From: Octopus sinensis
Lineage: Eukaryota
Length of the DNA stretch: 64,000 nucleotides
Direction: 5' to 3'
Assembly: GCF_006345805.1 (NCBI RefSeq)
Contig: NC_043001.1
Span: 11,160,001 to 11,224,000 of the forward strand
Positions 26,128-37,442 of this stretch are shown here, in pieces. The first letter of the stretch is position 1. Every line of letters begins with the position of its first letter. Below the pieces are notes generated by a model that ran no database searches, had not been told where the DNA came from, and saw only the letters and a program-made list of their open reading frames with translations. A program made the translations under genes and the position numbers.

Positions 26128-26400
26128 CTATATATATACCATATATGTATGTATATACAGATATATGTATGTCTGTATTCATAACACACACACACATATA
26201 TATATATACATGCACAATGCACATATACATAATATATATATGTGTGTATAGGCATATGTATATGTGTATGTATATTATCAGTTTTTAAGCTTTTTGAAAG
26301 TATGTTTACACATATATTTGTGTGTGTGTGTGTGGATGTGTGGATGTGTCTGTATGTGCATGTAAACATGAGCATTTTATGCGTGAGCGTGCATATATAC
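25530..26400. repeat. Compound TA/TG microsatellite
   Basis: Direct inspection. Confidence 0.9.
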
Positions 26401-26463
26401 GTATCACATATGTTCATATGCATAGATGAAGCCGCAAAAGATGCATATCTGCATTTTCTTTTG

Positions 26464-26563
26464 NNNNNNNNNNNNNNNNNNNNNNNNNNNNNNNNNNNNN
26501 NNNNNNNNNNNNNNNNNNNNNNNNNNNNNNNNNNNNNNNNNNNNNNNNNNNNNNNNNNNNNNN
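26464..26563. other. Assembly gap (100 N)
   Basis: Run of N. Confidence 1.
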
Positions 26564-26739
26564 ACTAATACTACTACTACCACCACCACCACTACCACTA
26601 CTACTATTGCTGCTGCCACTACAACTGCTGTGGTGCTGTGTGTGTAGGAGGGGATGGTGGTTAACAGAATGTTCTTCAAATGAAGATGGACAGTCAGTTT
26701 TGCTTTGTTTAGTTTTGTTTTTGGTGTTTTCCGTTCTTT

Positions 26740-26842
26740 GTTATTGAAATGAAGTTGGGGAAAGAATTGGAAAGAAACGAAAAGAAATGGAAAAGAGAGA
26801 AGAAAAAGAATTCTGTGAAATCAATCAAAAATACCAAATAAA

Positions 26843-26877
<35 letters not shown>

Positions 26878-27039
26878 GGTAGAGGAGAAAGAGAGAGAGA
26901 GAGAAGAAGGTAGGGGAGAAAGAGAGAGAGAGTGTGTGTGGTGTGTGTTTGTGTGTGAAAGAAGGAGATAGGGAAAGAAAGAGATAAAGAGATAAAGAGA
27001 GAGAGGGGGAAATGAGAAATTAGAAAGAAAGAGGGTGGA

Positions 27040-27074
<35 letters not shown>

Positions 27075-27240
27075 TAGAGAGGGGAGATTGAGAGAGGGAG
27101 GAAGAGAAAGGGGAAAGAGAGTGAAAAGAGAGACAGAAGTAGAGAGAGAAAAAGAGAAAGAGAGAGGGCTAAATAGAGAGAGGGAGAGTGATAGAGAGAG
27201 AGAAGGAAGGATTTACAAGAAAAACATGAAATATCTTTTC
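26740..27240. repeat. (GA)n polypurine tract
   Basis: Direct inspection. Confidence 0.85.
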
Positions 27241-27614
27241 TCTCTTTCCTTTTCTTCATTCCTAACCACATCACTAAAACACACACACACACACACATAG
27301 ACTACCACCACCACCACCACCACCACTTCCCCTTTCGTGTTTCTTGAATTTCTAATTTATTGTATTTTATTTTATTTTTATAGACATTTAAATTTTTTTT
27401 GTTGTTGTTGTCCAAAATCCAAATCGTTTCTCGAAAAGTTGCTGAAGAAGTTTGATAAATCTTCAGTTGCCTCCCTTTATGTGCATTCCACTGGTTCCAA
27501 TCAGAAATCATAGCTTTCAATCAGCTTGTCTGTCTGTCTTTCTCTCTCTCAACCTCACTATTTTCCTCTGTATGTGTGTGTGTGTGTGTATGTATATGTA
27601 TATATATATACATA

Positions 27615-27680
27615 CAGCGGTGGTGCCCCAGCATGGCCGCGGCCTTCGGGCTAAAACATTTTTAAGGATTTAAGGATTTA
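27615..27680 (+). mobile_element. Very short CR1-type 3' end with (TTAAGGAT)n tail
   Basis: GGTGCCCCAGCATGGCC motif shared with LINE end at 2085-2105. Confidence 0.6.
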
Positions 27681-27718
27681 TAACATATATATATATATAT
27701 ATATACACATTCACTCAT

Positions 27719-27786
<68 letters not shown>

Positions 27787-28280
27787 GAAAAAAACAAACT
27801 GGGACAAGAACGTAAAAACATTTAGAAGATGATACAAAAAACACGGACGGGACATTCGAAGCCTTCAATCTTCAGTCAAGAACCGGATCATCCTAGCAAT
27901 TTCGGCTGATTAATCTTCAGATCGCTCCGATCCGGCCAGCCCCAAGGAAAAACTAAGCTACGAGCATTAGATTTCTTGGGAAAAGGATCGAATGTATACG
28001 AAACAGGGACAGAAAAACGGACGATGCCACACGAATATAAAATACAAAAAACAATAATAGTAAAAACAGGACAAAAACAGCAGGTGTCTTACGACTAATA
28101 GGCAGTACAACTTAGTTTAGCTGTCGTATTTGGAAAAAAATGCCTTTTTTGGCAGACGAAGACAACGATCTTCTCATGGCGCTGGTTAGAAGCCGAAAGG
28201 CTGGTTGACCAGCGGTCACGTGAGAGGAGAATAGAGAGAAAAGAAAGGGGGCAAAGGAATCAGAGAGAGAGAGAAAAAGA

Positions 28281-28317
<37 letters not shown>

Positions 28318-29264
28318 ATATAGGGTAAAAAATTATTAATTCAATAATAAACAAATTTTACCAAGTAGCTTCGGTATGGAAAAAAACCCCATTATCGGTT
28401 AAAACATATATAAAAAGTTTTTTTATAATTATATATATAATCAAGGGTTTAGCAAAAAGTTGCTTCACCACATACTGAAAATTTAGAAATAGCAGTCAAG
28501 ACCGACTAATTCTTTTAACTACAAATATAACTCCACAGACAGCAATACTCATAATTCACATAGGCCAAAAGAAGATAAAATAACAAAAAACAACCAGTCA
28601 TTCGATTAATCATGTATGCGTTTCGGGCTTAGAATTGTAAAATTCATTTCCACTCATCGGCATGATATTTCAAGAATATAAGTATGAAAATGCTAAACCT
28701 ACCCTTTGCATCTTCAATCAAACGACTTTGAAGCATAACATAAGATAACCAATATATATATATATAATTGAATAGATATACTATTAAATTAGTATCTAAT
28801 TCTCTCACCCTTATTAATTAATTATAATTATGCTGCATTTATTTCTAAATGCTGTATTTGTTTTCCGTGAAAGTTTGGCGCGCTGTTAGTTGGGGCATTT
28901 GAATTATAACGTCGGATGTAATCAATTGAACCACACGCGTATTTATCGTTATGGTAAAATCTGGCGTGTGATTGAGTGGATTTCATCCAGATAGTTTTGG
29001 CTGACGAGCTACAAGTGGATTTTTTTGTAAGTAAAATTACATTTAATTCTTAATAGCGAAACAATTGTCCCAAAATAATCTGTATTTTTGTTATTTTTTA
29101 TTTGCCCTGTCCGTGTGAGCTAACAATCGTACTGACTTTCATGGGAAACATGTATTTTTGTGGTTGAAACCTTTTGGATTAACTGGTGCTAGAGTGAGCC
29201 ATATAGTGACCACTCTTATATTATTTATATATATATATAATATATAATATATATATATATATAT

Positions 29265-31729
29265 CAGACAGCCAGGAGGGAAGCTAGGAGACAGGTTTAT
29301 TTAGCCAGAGGGGAAGTGGATAAGAAAAAATTTGCCAATGTTCTGAGCCGTGAGGATGAAAGACTTGAGGTATTTCGTGTTGCAAGGTATTTCGTGGTAG
29401 GAGAGAAGTGTGTTCGCATGGATGATGGTTCACTTGCGCTAAATGAGGATGCAAACAGAGAGTTTTGGAGATGCCACTATGAAAGGTTGCTGAATAAAGA
29501 AAATGAATGGGATAAAGAGAGTCTGCCAAATGTCAACCCAACAGAGGGACCAGCCATCCGAGTTGAAAATTCTTTGGTAGTTAAAGCAATTAGAAGCATG
29601 AAGACAGGGAAAGCCCCAGGCCCATCAGGAATTACTGCAGAGATGCTCAAAATATCTGGCAATGTTGGCTATAACCTAGTCACCCGTATAGTCAACCAGG
29701 TGATACACGAAGGAGTCATACCCAATGACTGGTGTAGCAGCATACTAGTCAACTGCTACAAAGGTAAAGGTGACGCCCTAGATACAAATAATTACAGAGG
29801 TATCAACTGTTTGATCAGGTAATGAAGGTTATGGAGAGGGTCATAGCCCACTAATTAGAGAGAGAGTTAGTTTAGATGAGATGCAGTTTGGGTTCGTGCC
29901 AGGGAAAAGTACCACTGATGCTATATTCCTGGTAAGGCAGCTGCAGGAGAAATACCTAGCCAAAGATAAGCCCCTGTACCTGGCTTTCGTTGACATGGAG
30001 AAAGCCTTTGATAGGGTCCCCCGATCCCTTATCTGGTGGTCAATGAGGAAACTAGGGATAGATGAATGGCTGGTGAGGGCTGTGCAAGCCATGTACAGAG
30101 ATGCCGTAGGTAAGGTTAGGGTTGGCAACATGTACACAGAAGAATTCAAAGTAGAGGTTGGGGTCCACCAGGGTTCAGTACTCAGCCCCCTCCTATTTAT
30201 CATAGTCCTCCAGGCAATAACGGAGGAATTCAAGACAGGTTGCCCCTGGGAGCTCCTCTATGCTGACGACCTTGCTCTAATTGCTGAGTCACTATCAGAA
30301 CAGGAGGAGAAGTTCCAGGTGTGGAAGGAGGGTTCAGAATCGAGGGGCCTTAGAGTCAACCTAGCTAAAACCAAAGTACTAATAAGTAGGAAGGTAGACA
30401 ATCCACAAATGTCTTCAGGAAGATGGCCCTGCTCGATCTGTAGAAAAGGTGTAGGTAGAAACTCTATAAGATGTACCCAGTGTAAGCTATGGACACATAA
30501 GAGGTGCAGCAATGTCAAAGGTAGGCTAACTGGGAAGATAGTTTTCGTATGTGGCAGATGCTCGGGAGCATTAACCTCCGAAAATCTGCAGAAAACAACT
30601 TCCGTCACTTTCCAGGGGGAAAAACTAGAAGTAGTTGATAGCTTCCGTTATCTAGGTGATCAAGTCAGTAGTGGGGGTGGGTGCACTGAAAGTGTAGCTG
30701 CTACAATAAGAATAGCCTTGGGCAAAGTTTAGGGAGCTCTTACCTCTGCTGGTGACTAAAGGCCTCTCACTCAGAGTAAAAGGCAGAGTGTGTGATGCAT
30801 GTGTACGAACAGCCATGCTACATGGCAGTGAAACATGGGCCGTGACTGCTGAGGACATGCGTAAGCTCGCGAGGAATGAAGCCACTATGCTCCAATGGAT
30901 GTGTAATGTCAGTGTACTTACTCGACAGAGCGTTAGTACCTTGAGAGAAATGTTGTACCTAAGAAGCATCAGTTGTGGTGTGCAAGAAAGACGATTGCGC
31001 TGGTATGGTCATGTGGCAAGAATGGATGAAGATAGGTGTGTGAGAAAGTTTCAATCCCTAGCAGTGAGGGAACCCGTGGAAGAGGTAGACCCAGGAAAAC
31101 CTGGGACGAGGTGGTGAAGCACGACCTTCGAACTTTAGGCCTCACTGAGGAAATGACCAGCGACCGAGACCTTTGGAAATATGCTGTACGTGAGAAGACC
31201 AGGCAGGACAAGTGGGCCCAGCCCACTTATGCATGCCTTTCCTCCCTTGGACACAAAGACCTGTTGAGGCAAGCGAAGTCGATATAGAACCTCATCCGAC
31301 GACAGGCACCCATGCCAACACCCTTTGCTTGCGAAGACACGTTGGGGCAAGTGAAATCGAAATCGAATTGAACCAATCCTATGACTGGCACCCGGCAGAT
31401 GCCAGGACCCCTGGACTGGTGGTACATAAAAAGCACTATCCAACTCGTGGCCGATGCCCGCGCCGCCTCGACTGGCTTCCGTGCCGGTGGCACGTAAATT
31501 GCACCAATCCGACAGTGTCCATTGCCAGGCTCGCCTGGCACCTGTGCGGGTGGCACGTTAAAAGCACCCATTACACTCATGGAGTGGTTGGCGCTAGGAA
31601 GGGCATCCAGCTGTAGAAACATTGCCAGATAAGACTGGAGCCTGGTGCAGCCTTCTGGCTTCCCAGATCGCCGGTCGAACCGTCCAACCCATGCTAGCAT
31701 GGATAACGGACATTAAACGATGATGATGA

Positions 31730-31733
<4 letters not shown>
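29265..31733 (+). mobile_element. 5'-truncated RTE-clade LINE: RT domain, PHD-like insertion, 3' UTR, (GAT)n tail
   Basis: QFGFVPGKSTTDAIF, FVDMEKAFDRV, HQGSVLSPLLF, LLYADDL, FRYLG, RLRWYGHVARM, RGRGRPRKTW; frameshifts near 29820, 30730, 31070; (TA)n on both flanks. Confidence 0.95.
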
Positions 31734-31768
<35 letters not shown>

Positions 31769-31771
<3 letters not shown>

Positions 31772-32166
31772 TTATATATAAAAGTGAGGTTGTGTGCTGT
31801 CTGTCTCCTACGATTTAGATTCCTAACTACTCCCACATTTTGCAGTGCAGTTTAACCAAAACCGGGTATCTTATAGTCGTGATTCATATCGAGCCCTTCA
31901 GGGTATTAGCGCGCGTCTACGATGAGTCTACGATTTAAAAAAAAATTTACCATCAATTTTTCCCATTTTTAATGCATTTTTGGCATATATAAGGGAAGTA
32001 ACTCTCTAAAAATTTATTATTAAATCTCAGAACGTAAAAAGCTACAGTAACACCCCCCCTCTTTGTGGTTAGCCATATTGAGATGGCTATTATACTTTAC
32101 ATCTCTAAAAATGCTTATATAGTTATTTCCCTTACAAATCCGAGCAACGCTGGGCGATACTGCTAG
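31769..32166 (+). mobile_element. Non-autonomous Helitron family A, complete
   Basis: A|TC start, 3' GC-rich hairpin then CTAG|T, no TSD. Confidence 0.85.
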
Positions 32167-32188
32167 TATATATATATATATATGTATA

Positions 32189-32597
32189 TACTCTTTTACT
32201 CTTTTACTTGTTTCAGTCATTTAACTGCAGCCATGCTGGAGCACCGCCTTTAGTCGAGTAAATCGACCCCAGGAATTATTCTTTGTAAGCCTAGTCCTTA
32301 TTCTATCAGTCGCTTTTGCTGAACCGCTAAGTTACGAGGACGTAAACACACCACCATCGGTTGTCAAGCAATGGTGGGTGGACAAACACAGACACACAAA
32401 TGCATACACACATACATATATATATACATATATACGACGAGCTTCTTCCAGTTTCCGTCCACCAAATCCACTCACAAGGCTTTGGTCGGCCCGAGGTTGT
32501 AGTAGAAGACACTTGCCCTTGGTGCCACGCAGTGGGAATGAACCTGGAACCATGTGGTTGGTAAGCAAGCTACTTACCACACAGCCACTCCTGCGCC
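32189..32597 (-). mobile_element. SINE family 1, full length
   Basis: Complete consensus structure. Confidence 0.9.
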
Positions 32598-32604
32598 TAA
32601 CAGC

Positions 32605-32635
<31 letters not shown>

Positions 32636-32663
32636 CTTTATTTTAAGCAGCAGAAAATTCAAC

Positions 32664-32710
32664 AAAATCTGTTACTCTGAGTTTCTCGTTGCCGTTCATC
32701 AGACAGTTTT
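32664..32710 (-). ncRNA. Candidate minimal type-I hammerhead ribozyme (family 2)
   Basis: Minus: AAAACUGU-CUGAUGA-ACGGCAACGA-GAA-ACUC-A-GAGU-A-ACAGAUUUU; stem I pairs, GUA cleavage triplet, weak stem II. Confidence 0.65.
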
Positions 32711-33497
32711 TGCTAGAATGGAAATTATATATTAATTCAATCTATACTCTTACAAACGCTACACCTTTAAAAAGAAATGGACTTGTTTGATTGGCCCTTT
32801 AGAAAAAACGGTCAATCTTCGAGCGATAAACAAAAAGGTCAAAAATATATGTATATATATATAAAAAAACTTATAAAAATTATAAAAATTATAAAATCTG
32901 AGGAAAAAAAACGAGGAAAAAAACCTATTGCCGTTAATAAAGACAGTACAAATTAATGCATAGAAATTAAACCTGTTATAAAATACTGCAATACATATTT
33001 ATATTAAAATCCACATATATATATCAACATACACAAAAGGATGCGCGTAAACGCCATACATACATATACAGACGTATGAATATGAATCTAAATTATACAC
33101 ATAAAAGCATGTGTACATATATTCACGCAAACCGTCTCGCACGCAAGCTAAAATTCATCTATGTAGCAATTCTCATATACTGAGCAAGGAGGGGGAACGA
33201 AAGAAAGGGAAAGAGAGAAAAAGGAACGAAGGAGGGGTGGGGAAAAAACTTGTAGCGATATTATTGGCATCTATAGAGGCCAGTATACATACACAAGTTT
33301 GAATTGATACATATACATACCGTCGTGTGTATGCGTGCTTAAGCACAAGCATACTTTCACTTACACATACACAGATACGCATGCTTACAAATACATATGC
33401 TTTGCTATACACATACTTATATAAACATTCTAATTTTGACAACATTGCTTTTTTAAAAAAAAAAAAAAAAAAAAAGCATTGCTTTTAAAAAATGGGT

Positions 33498-33788
33498 GCA
33501 TTAATAAAAATATATACGAAAGACATATAAAATAAAATATAACATCCTATTTTGGGTCATTTATAAATAATCAAGGTAATATAAATAATTAAGGTAATCC
33601 TATGCAATACAATAACATGAAAACAAAGTTTGTAGGTTGTTCGCATTAATAAAAATATATACGAAAGACATATAAAATAAAATAAAATATAACATCCTAT
33701 TTTGGGTCATTTATAAATAATCAAGGTAATATAAATAATCAAGGTAATCCTATGCAATACAATAACATGAAAACAAAGTTTGTAGGTT
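33498..33788. repeat. Tandem duplication, ~145-bp unit, in PLE 3' region
   Basis: 33498-33640 repeated from 33643. Confidence 0.9.
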
Positions 33789-33899
33789 TTTCCTAATATA
33801 TATGTAGAAACAATAAGACTTTGCTATAGATCCGTCGTAGCGCTCAAGAGTCAAAATCAAAATCAAAAATCAAAATACAAAATATATACTCTATCCATA

Positions 33900-35995
33900 T
33901 GGTATATTTATATTCGACATTTAATTTAGCCGCGTGCCTACATAAGTTCATTAACTCACTTCTTTGATTCAAAGAATTATTGTCTTTGAATAAGATGTGC
34001 ATTTTCTCTAATAAGCAAAGCCTGCACTTGAAATTATATTTGTAAGCTCCATGCCTGTATGGTGCCGCCCTGTCCAGAATGCTCCATGTCACGTTGAAAG
34101 GTGGGGCTTCCTTTTCTTTTAGTTCCCAGACATATTTTGCTAGGCTGGTTTTCTTCCTATTCTCTGGGTATTTAAAAGAATTCTTATGAGAATAAAATCT
34201 TGTTTTAAATGAATTTTCTGAAGCCCCTGTGTATGTCTTGTATTCCGATGAGCCTTCCACTTGCACCTTGGCTCTATAAACTACTCCTTTCACTAGACAT
34301 TTCCCTTCTAACGGACAGGAGCTTTCGTTTTGAAAATTACATTTCTTAATGGGCTCGGCACCATGTCTAATCTCAATTAGCTTCCTATTATGTTGGCTAA
34401 TGTAAGAGGCGAAATTTCTGCAACAAGAATAGCTAACCTTCAGGGTTCTTCTATTAAATATTCTGTAGAATTTATGACCCTGCTTAAAATGCTTAGAGAC
34501 TAATCTCAAAATTCCTTACCTATATTAGTCTTTACGGCCAAATTGAAAGCCGGGTTGAACCACAAAACTTTCCTGGTCCTAGTTCTTCGTGCAGCATTAT
34601 TATTAGCATTAAGCTGGTTGAACTGGATCTTCTCCGAGAATCCACTATTCTTTAATGCGCTATCGTAATAAGGTGCAGCATTATGGAATGCTGCCTCGTC
34701 CGAAGAAATTGAAGATATTCTTCTACCTACATTGCTGACTAAGTTGCTAAGGATAACTGGTGGATGGTTCGAATCTTTGCTAATATACGATAGCTTTTCA
34801 TTGGGCTTACGGAAAGGTTTAAATCTATCCGATCTTACATTAAAATTTACGTCTAAAAAATCTACACTATTCAGGTTAGTATCTATCGTAATCCGTAAGC
34901 CCATCCTTTGAAAGAAAGCTATAAGGTCCTTCCTAAGTCTATCTGATTCATGGCCGTTTAGATTATGCGTGGCTATAAGGCCGTCATCCCTATATAGACC
35001 TGCATCTATAAATGGGAATTCTATTTTTAGATTATGGAATAAAGGCTCCTATGAGCATACATAATTCAGCCCCGTCGTATGCCCCCATCGGTACATCGAA
35101 AAGAGAATCCTCAGTCTTCTTAATCCAGGTGGAATCCTCGAAAAACAGAAGCGATTTCCTCGCATGCATAATAATTTCAATTTCCGAGCTATCGATGTTG
35201 ACATACTGCTGGCGAAGTCCAATGCCCTTAGGAGCAACGTCCTAGATATCGACGGGTAAAAAAGTCAATAATGTCGAATTGTGTGAAACTACAATTATTC
35301 TTATAGCTAATACCTTTAAACCACTCTATAACTGACTTACTATTCTTCCAAATTCTCAAGTCTACTTCACTATCTAACTTAACTAAAATACGGTCCAAAA
35401 TATTTTTGCTAATAATTCCTATCTCAGTTTTAGCCGGATTTATCAATCTACATTTGGGTTTTCTACTAAAATTGTCTTTATGGTCTTTCAGAGTAATAAA
35501 AGCTGGTCGTGGTGAAAGGTATTCAATCCTATCGCTAATCTTAAGATCGTTAGCTATTCCTCTTGCTTCTAGTTCACCTCTTTGTATATATTCGTGTTGT
35601 CTTTTTTGTATGTGTCCGTGACACTATTCGAAATCAGGCGTTTATAAACGTCCTTATCAAGTGCATATAAGTTCCTTGTCTGTGTCAGAATTAACGAAGA
35701 TCTTATTCGAGTCGTTAATCTCCTTAATTTTTTCTCTCATGTTTTTTTGCAATGGTTGGTAAATTTGCGGAATTTAATTTTCCTAATAAGCTCGAAAAGG
35801 TCTTTCTCGAAGGCTTCTAATTCCGGAATCGGTGGCGGGTTTCTGGGAGATTTAAATCCATATTTGTTACCTTCTATTTTCTGTTTATTATCAAAGAAGA
35901 AGGCTTTCCATCTCAGTCTCTAATAAACTCTTCCGTTTTCTCTATAAGACCTTTGATATATTGTTTCCGTGCAGGGATAGGTATATTTTTCTGAG
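33900..35995 (-). pseudogene. Penelope-like element ORF (RT + GIY-YIG endonuclease), near full length, disrupted
   Basis: WKAFFFD N-terminal motif, QFDIIDF, FDVPMGAYDGAE, GLYRDDG (34979-35000), VDFLDV, CPLEGKC, GVVYRA..YTGASENSFKTRFYSH, CRLCLLEK; several frameshifts. Confidence 0.92.
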
Positions 35996-36166
35996 AAAAA
36001 TCCAGCGGGTAAAGTTCCATCTTTTTCAGCTGTTTGTTCTTCCTACTTGTGCAGAGTCGCTCAAACTTTTACAAGGAGCGGGTTAGACCGGAGTAAACAC
36101 ATAAATGTGAAACAAGGTGGAAAAAAGAGTACTCAAATACCAGTGGTAGAGTAATATGCTTTATAT

Positions 36167-36618
36167 GTTATATTTTTTGATAACATAATAGGTTTTTAAA
36201 TAATTTTATTGTACTTTATAGTTGGTTTTAAAATGCTTATATTATTTTATTATTATTTAGGATATAACTTTCTACGTACATTCCAGAAAATAAGTTTGTT
36301 GTTGTTGTTGTTCAGTTCACCGCCTCGAATTAAACTCGGAATTAAGAGCCTGCACTCTTAACCACTATGCCATATGGCCTGAATAATAATACTAATAATA
36401 ATAATATATATATATATATATCAGTGCTTCTCAACCGGAGTTCCCTGGAACACTAGGATTCTGCAAAAGGTTTCTAGGGGTTCTGTGAGAAAGAGTGAGA
36501 TAAGCTAATGCTAATTTCATGATGGTACATGCAAAACATATTATTGGTTTTTGTAATATTGTAATATAGACATCATCCTACTAACCTATTATGTTATTAA
36601 AAAATATAACAACCATAC

Positions 36619-36651
<33 letters not shown>

Positions 36652-36899
36652 GGTATGGTTGTTATATTTTTTGATAACATAATAGGTTTTTAAATAATTT
36701 TATTGTACTTTATAGTTGGTTTTAAAATGCTTATATTATTTTATTATTATTTAGGATATAACTTTCTACGTACATTCCAGAAAATAAGTTTGTTGTTGTT
36801 GTTGTTCAGTTCACCGCCTCGAATTAAACTCGGAATTAAGAGCCTGCACTCTTAACCACTATGCCATATGGCCTGAATAATAATACTAATAATAATAAT
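36167..36899. repeat. Apparently identical 239-bp direct duplication (36167-36405 / 36661-36899) with 35-bp inverted arm
   Basis: Direct comparison; hairpin 36584-36618 / 36653-36687 around (TA)n. Confidence 0.9.
36422..36500 (+). mobile_element. Possible hAT-type MITE end
   Basis: CAGTGCTTCTCAACC terminus-like motif; partner end not found. Confidence 0.35.
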
Positions 36900-36954
36900 G
36901 ATAATAATAATAATAATATCGAAAAATACTTTATGAATGAGAACCCAGATTCGT

Positions 36955-37247
36955 AATTATTCAGGTTACTGCCTGGAATTGAACTCGGAATCTTGGGGTT
37001 AGTAGCCTGTGCTCTTAACCACTACACCATAATAATAATAATATTAATAATTAATAATAACAATAATAATAATAATACCAATAACAACATAAAAAAATAC
37101 CTTAGGAATGAGAACCCAAATTCGAAACTTCCCCAAGACACCTGATGAAGGCTGGAGAGTATATCAGCCGAAACGTTGTGTTAACAACAAACAAGATGAG
37201 GACAAATATCCATCAAATGTAAATAATGTAAATAATGTAAATAATGT
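36955..37247 (+). mobile_element. tRNA-head/hammerhead cassette copy B (head inverted at 36955-37030)
   Basis: Reverse-oriented A/B-box head, then (AAT)n, intact hammerhead, (TGTAAATAA)x3. Confidence 0.85.
37135..37184 (+). ncRNA. Minimal type-I hammerhead ribozyme (family 1), intact core
   Basis: GACAC-CUGAUGA-A-GGCUG(N10)CAGCC-GAA-ACGU-U-GUGUU; stem I GACAC/GUGUU, palindromic ACGU stem III, GUU triplet. Confidence 0.8.
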
Positions 37248-37249
37248 TC

Positions 37250-37430
37250 ATGAGTGTTTGACATAAGAAATTCAAAAAGGAGCTTAAGGTTGTTGTTGGA
37301 AAGATGGTGGATAATCTTGTCAGTGTCTACCAAGTCAATTGCCAAATCCTGGAGCTTTAATGTATCCATGCTCAAGGAAGCAACATGTTCAGAGTATGAT
37401 AGATACCTGATGGAAGTTATTCATTTGGTT
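37250..37430 (-). mobile_element. Older CR1-type LINE C-terminal remnant
   Basis: LSYSEHVASLSMDTLKLQDLAIDLVDTDKII, paralogous to 37601-37995. Confidence 0.7.
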
Positions 37431-37442
37431 GCATTAAAAAAA

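Noticed and set aside
26242-26679. ORFs spanning the N run
   Set aside because: Artefacts of the assembly gap
27850-27945. Hammerhead candidates CTGAAGA...GAAT and CTGAAGA...GAAA (minus strand)
   Set aside because: First lacks A15.1 and stem I pairing; second has no stem II and no NUH site
33844-33900. C-terminal FDFDFDS of the listed 221-aa PLE ORF
   Set aside because: Read-through into an (AAAATC)-like repeat after a probable frameshift; not genuine protein
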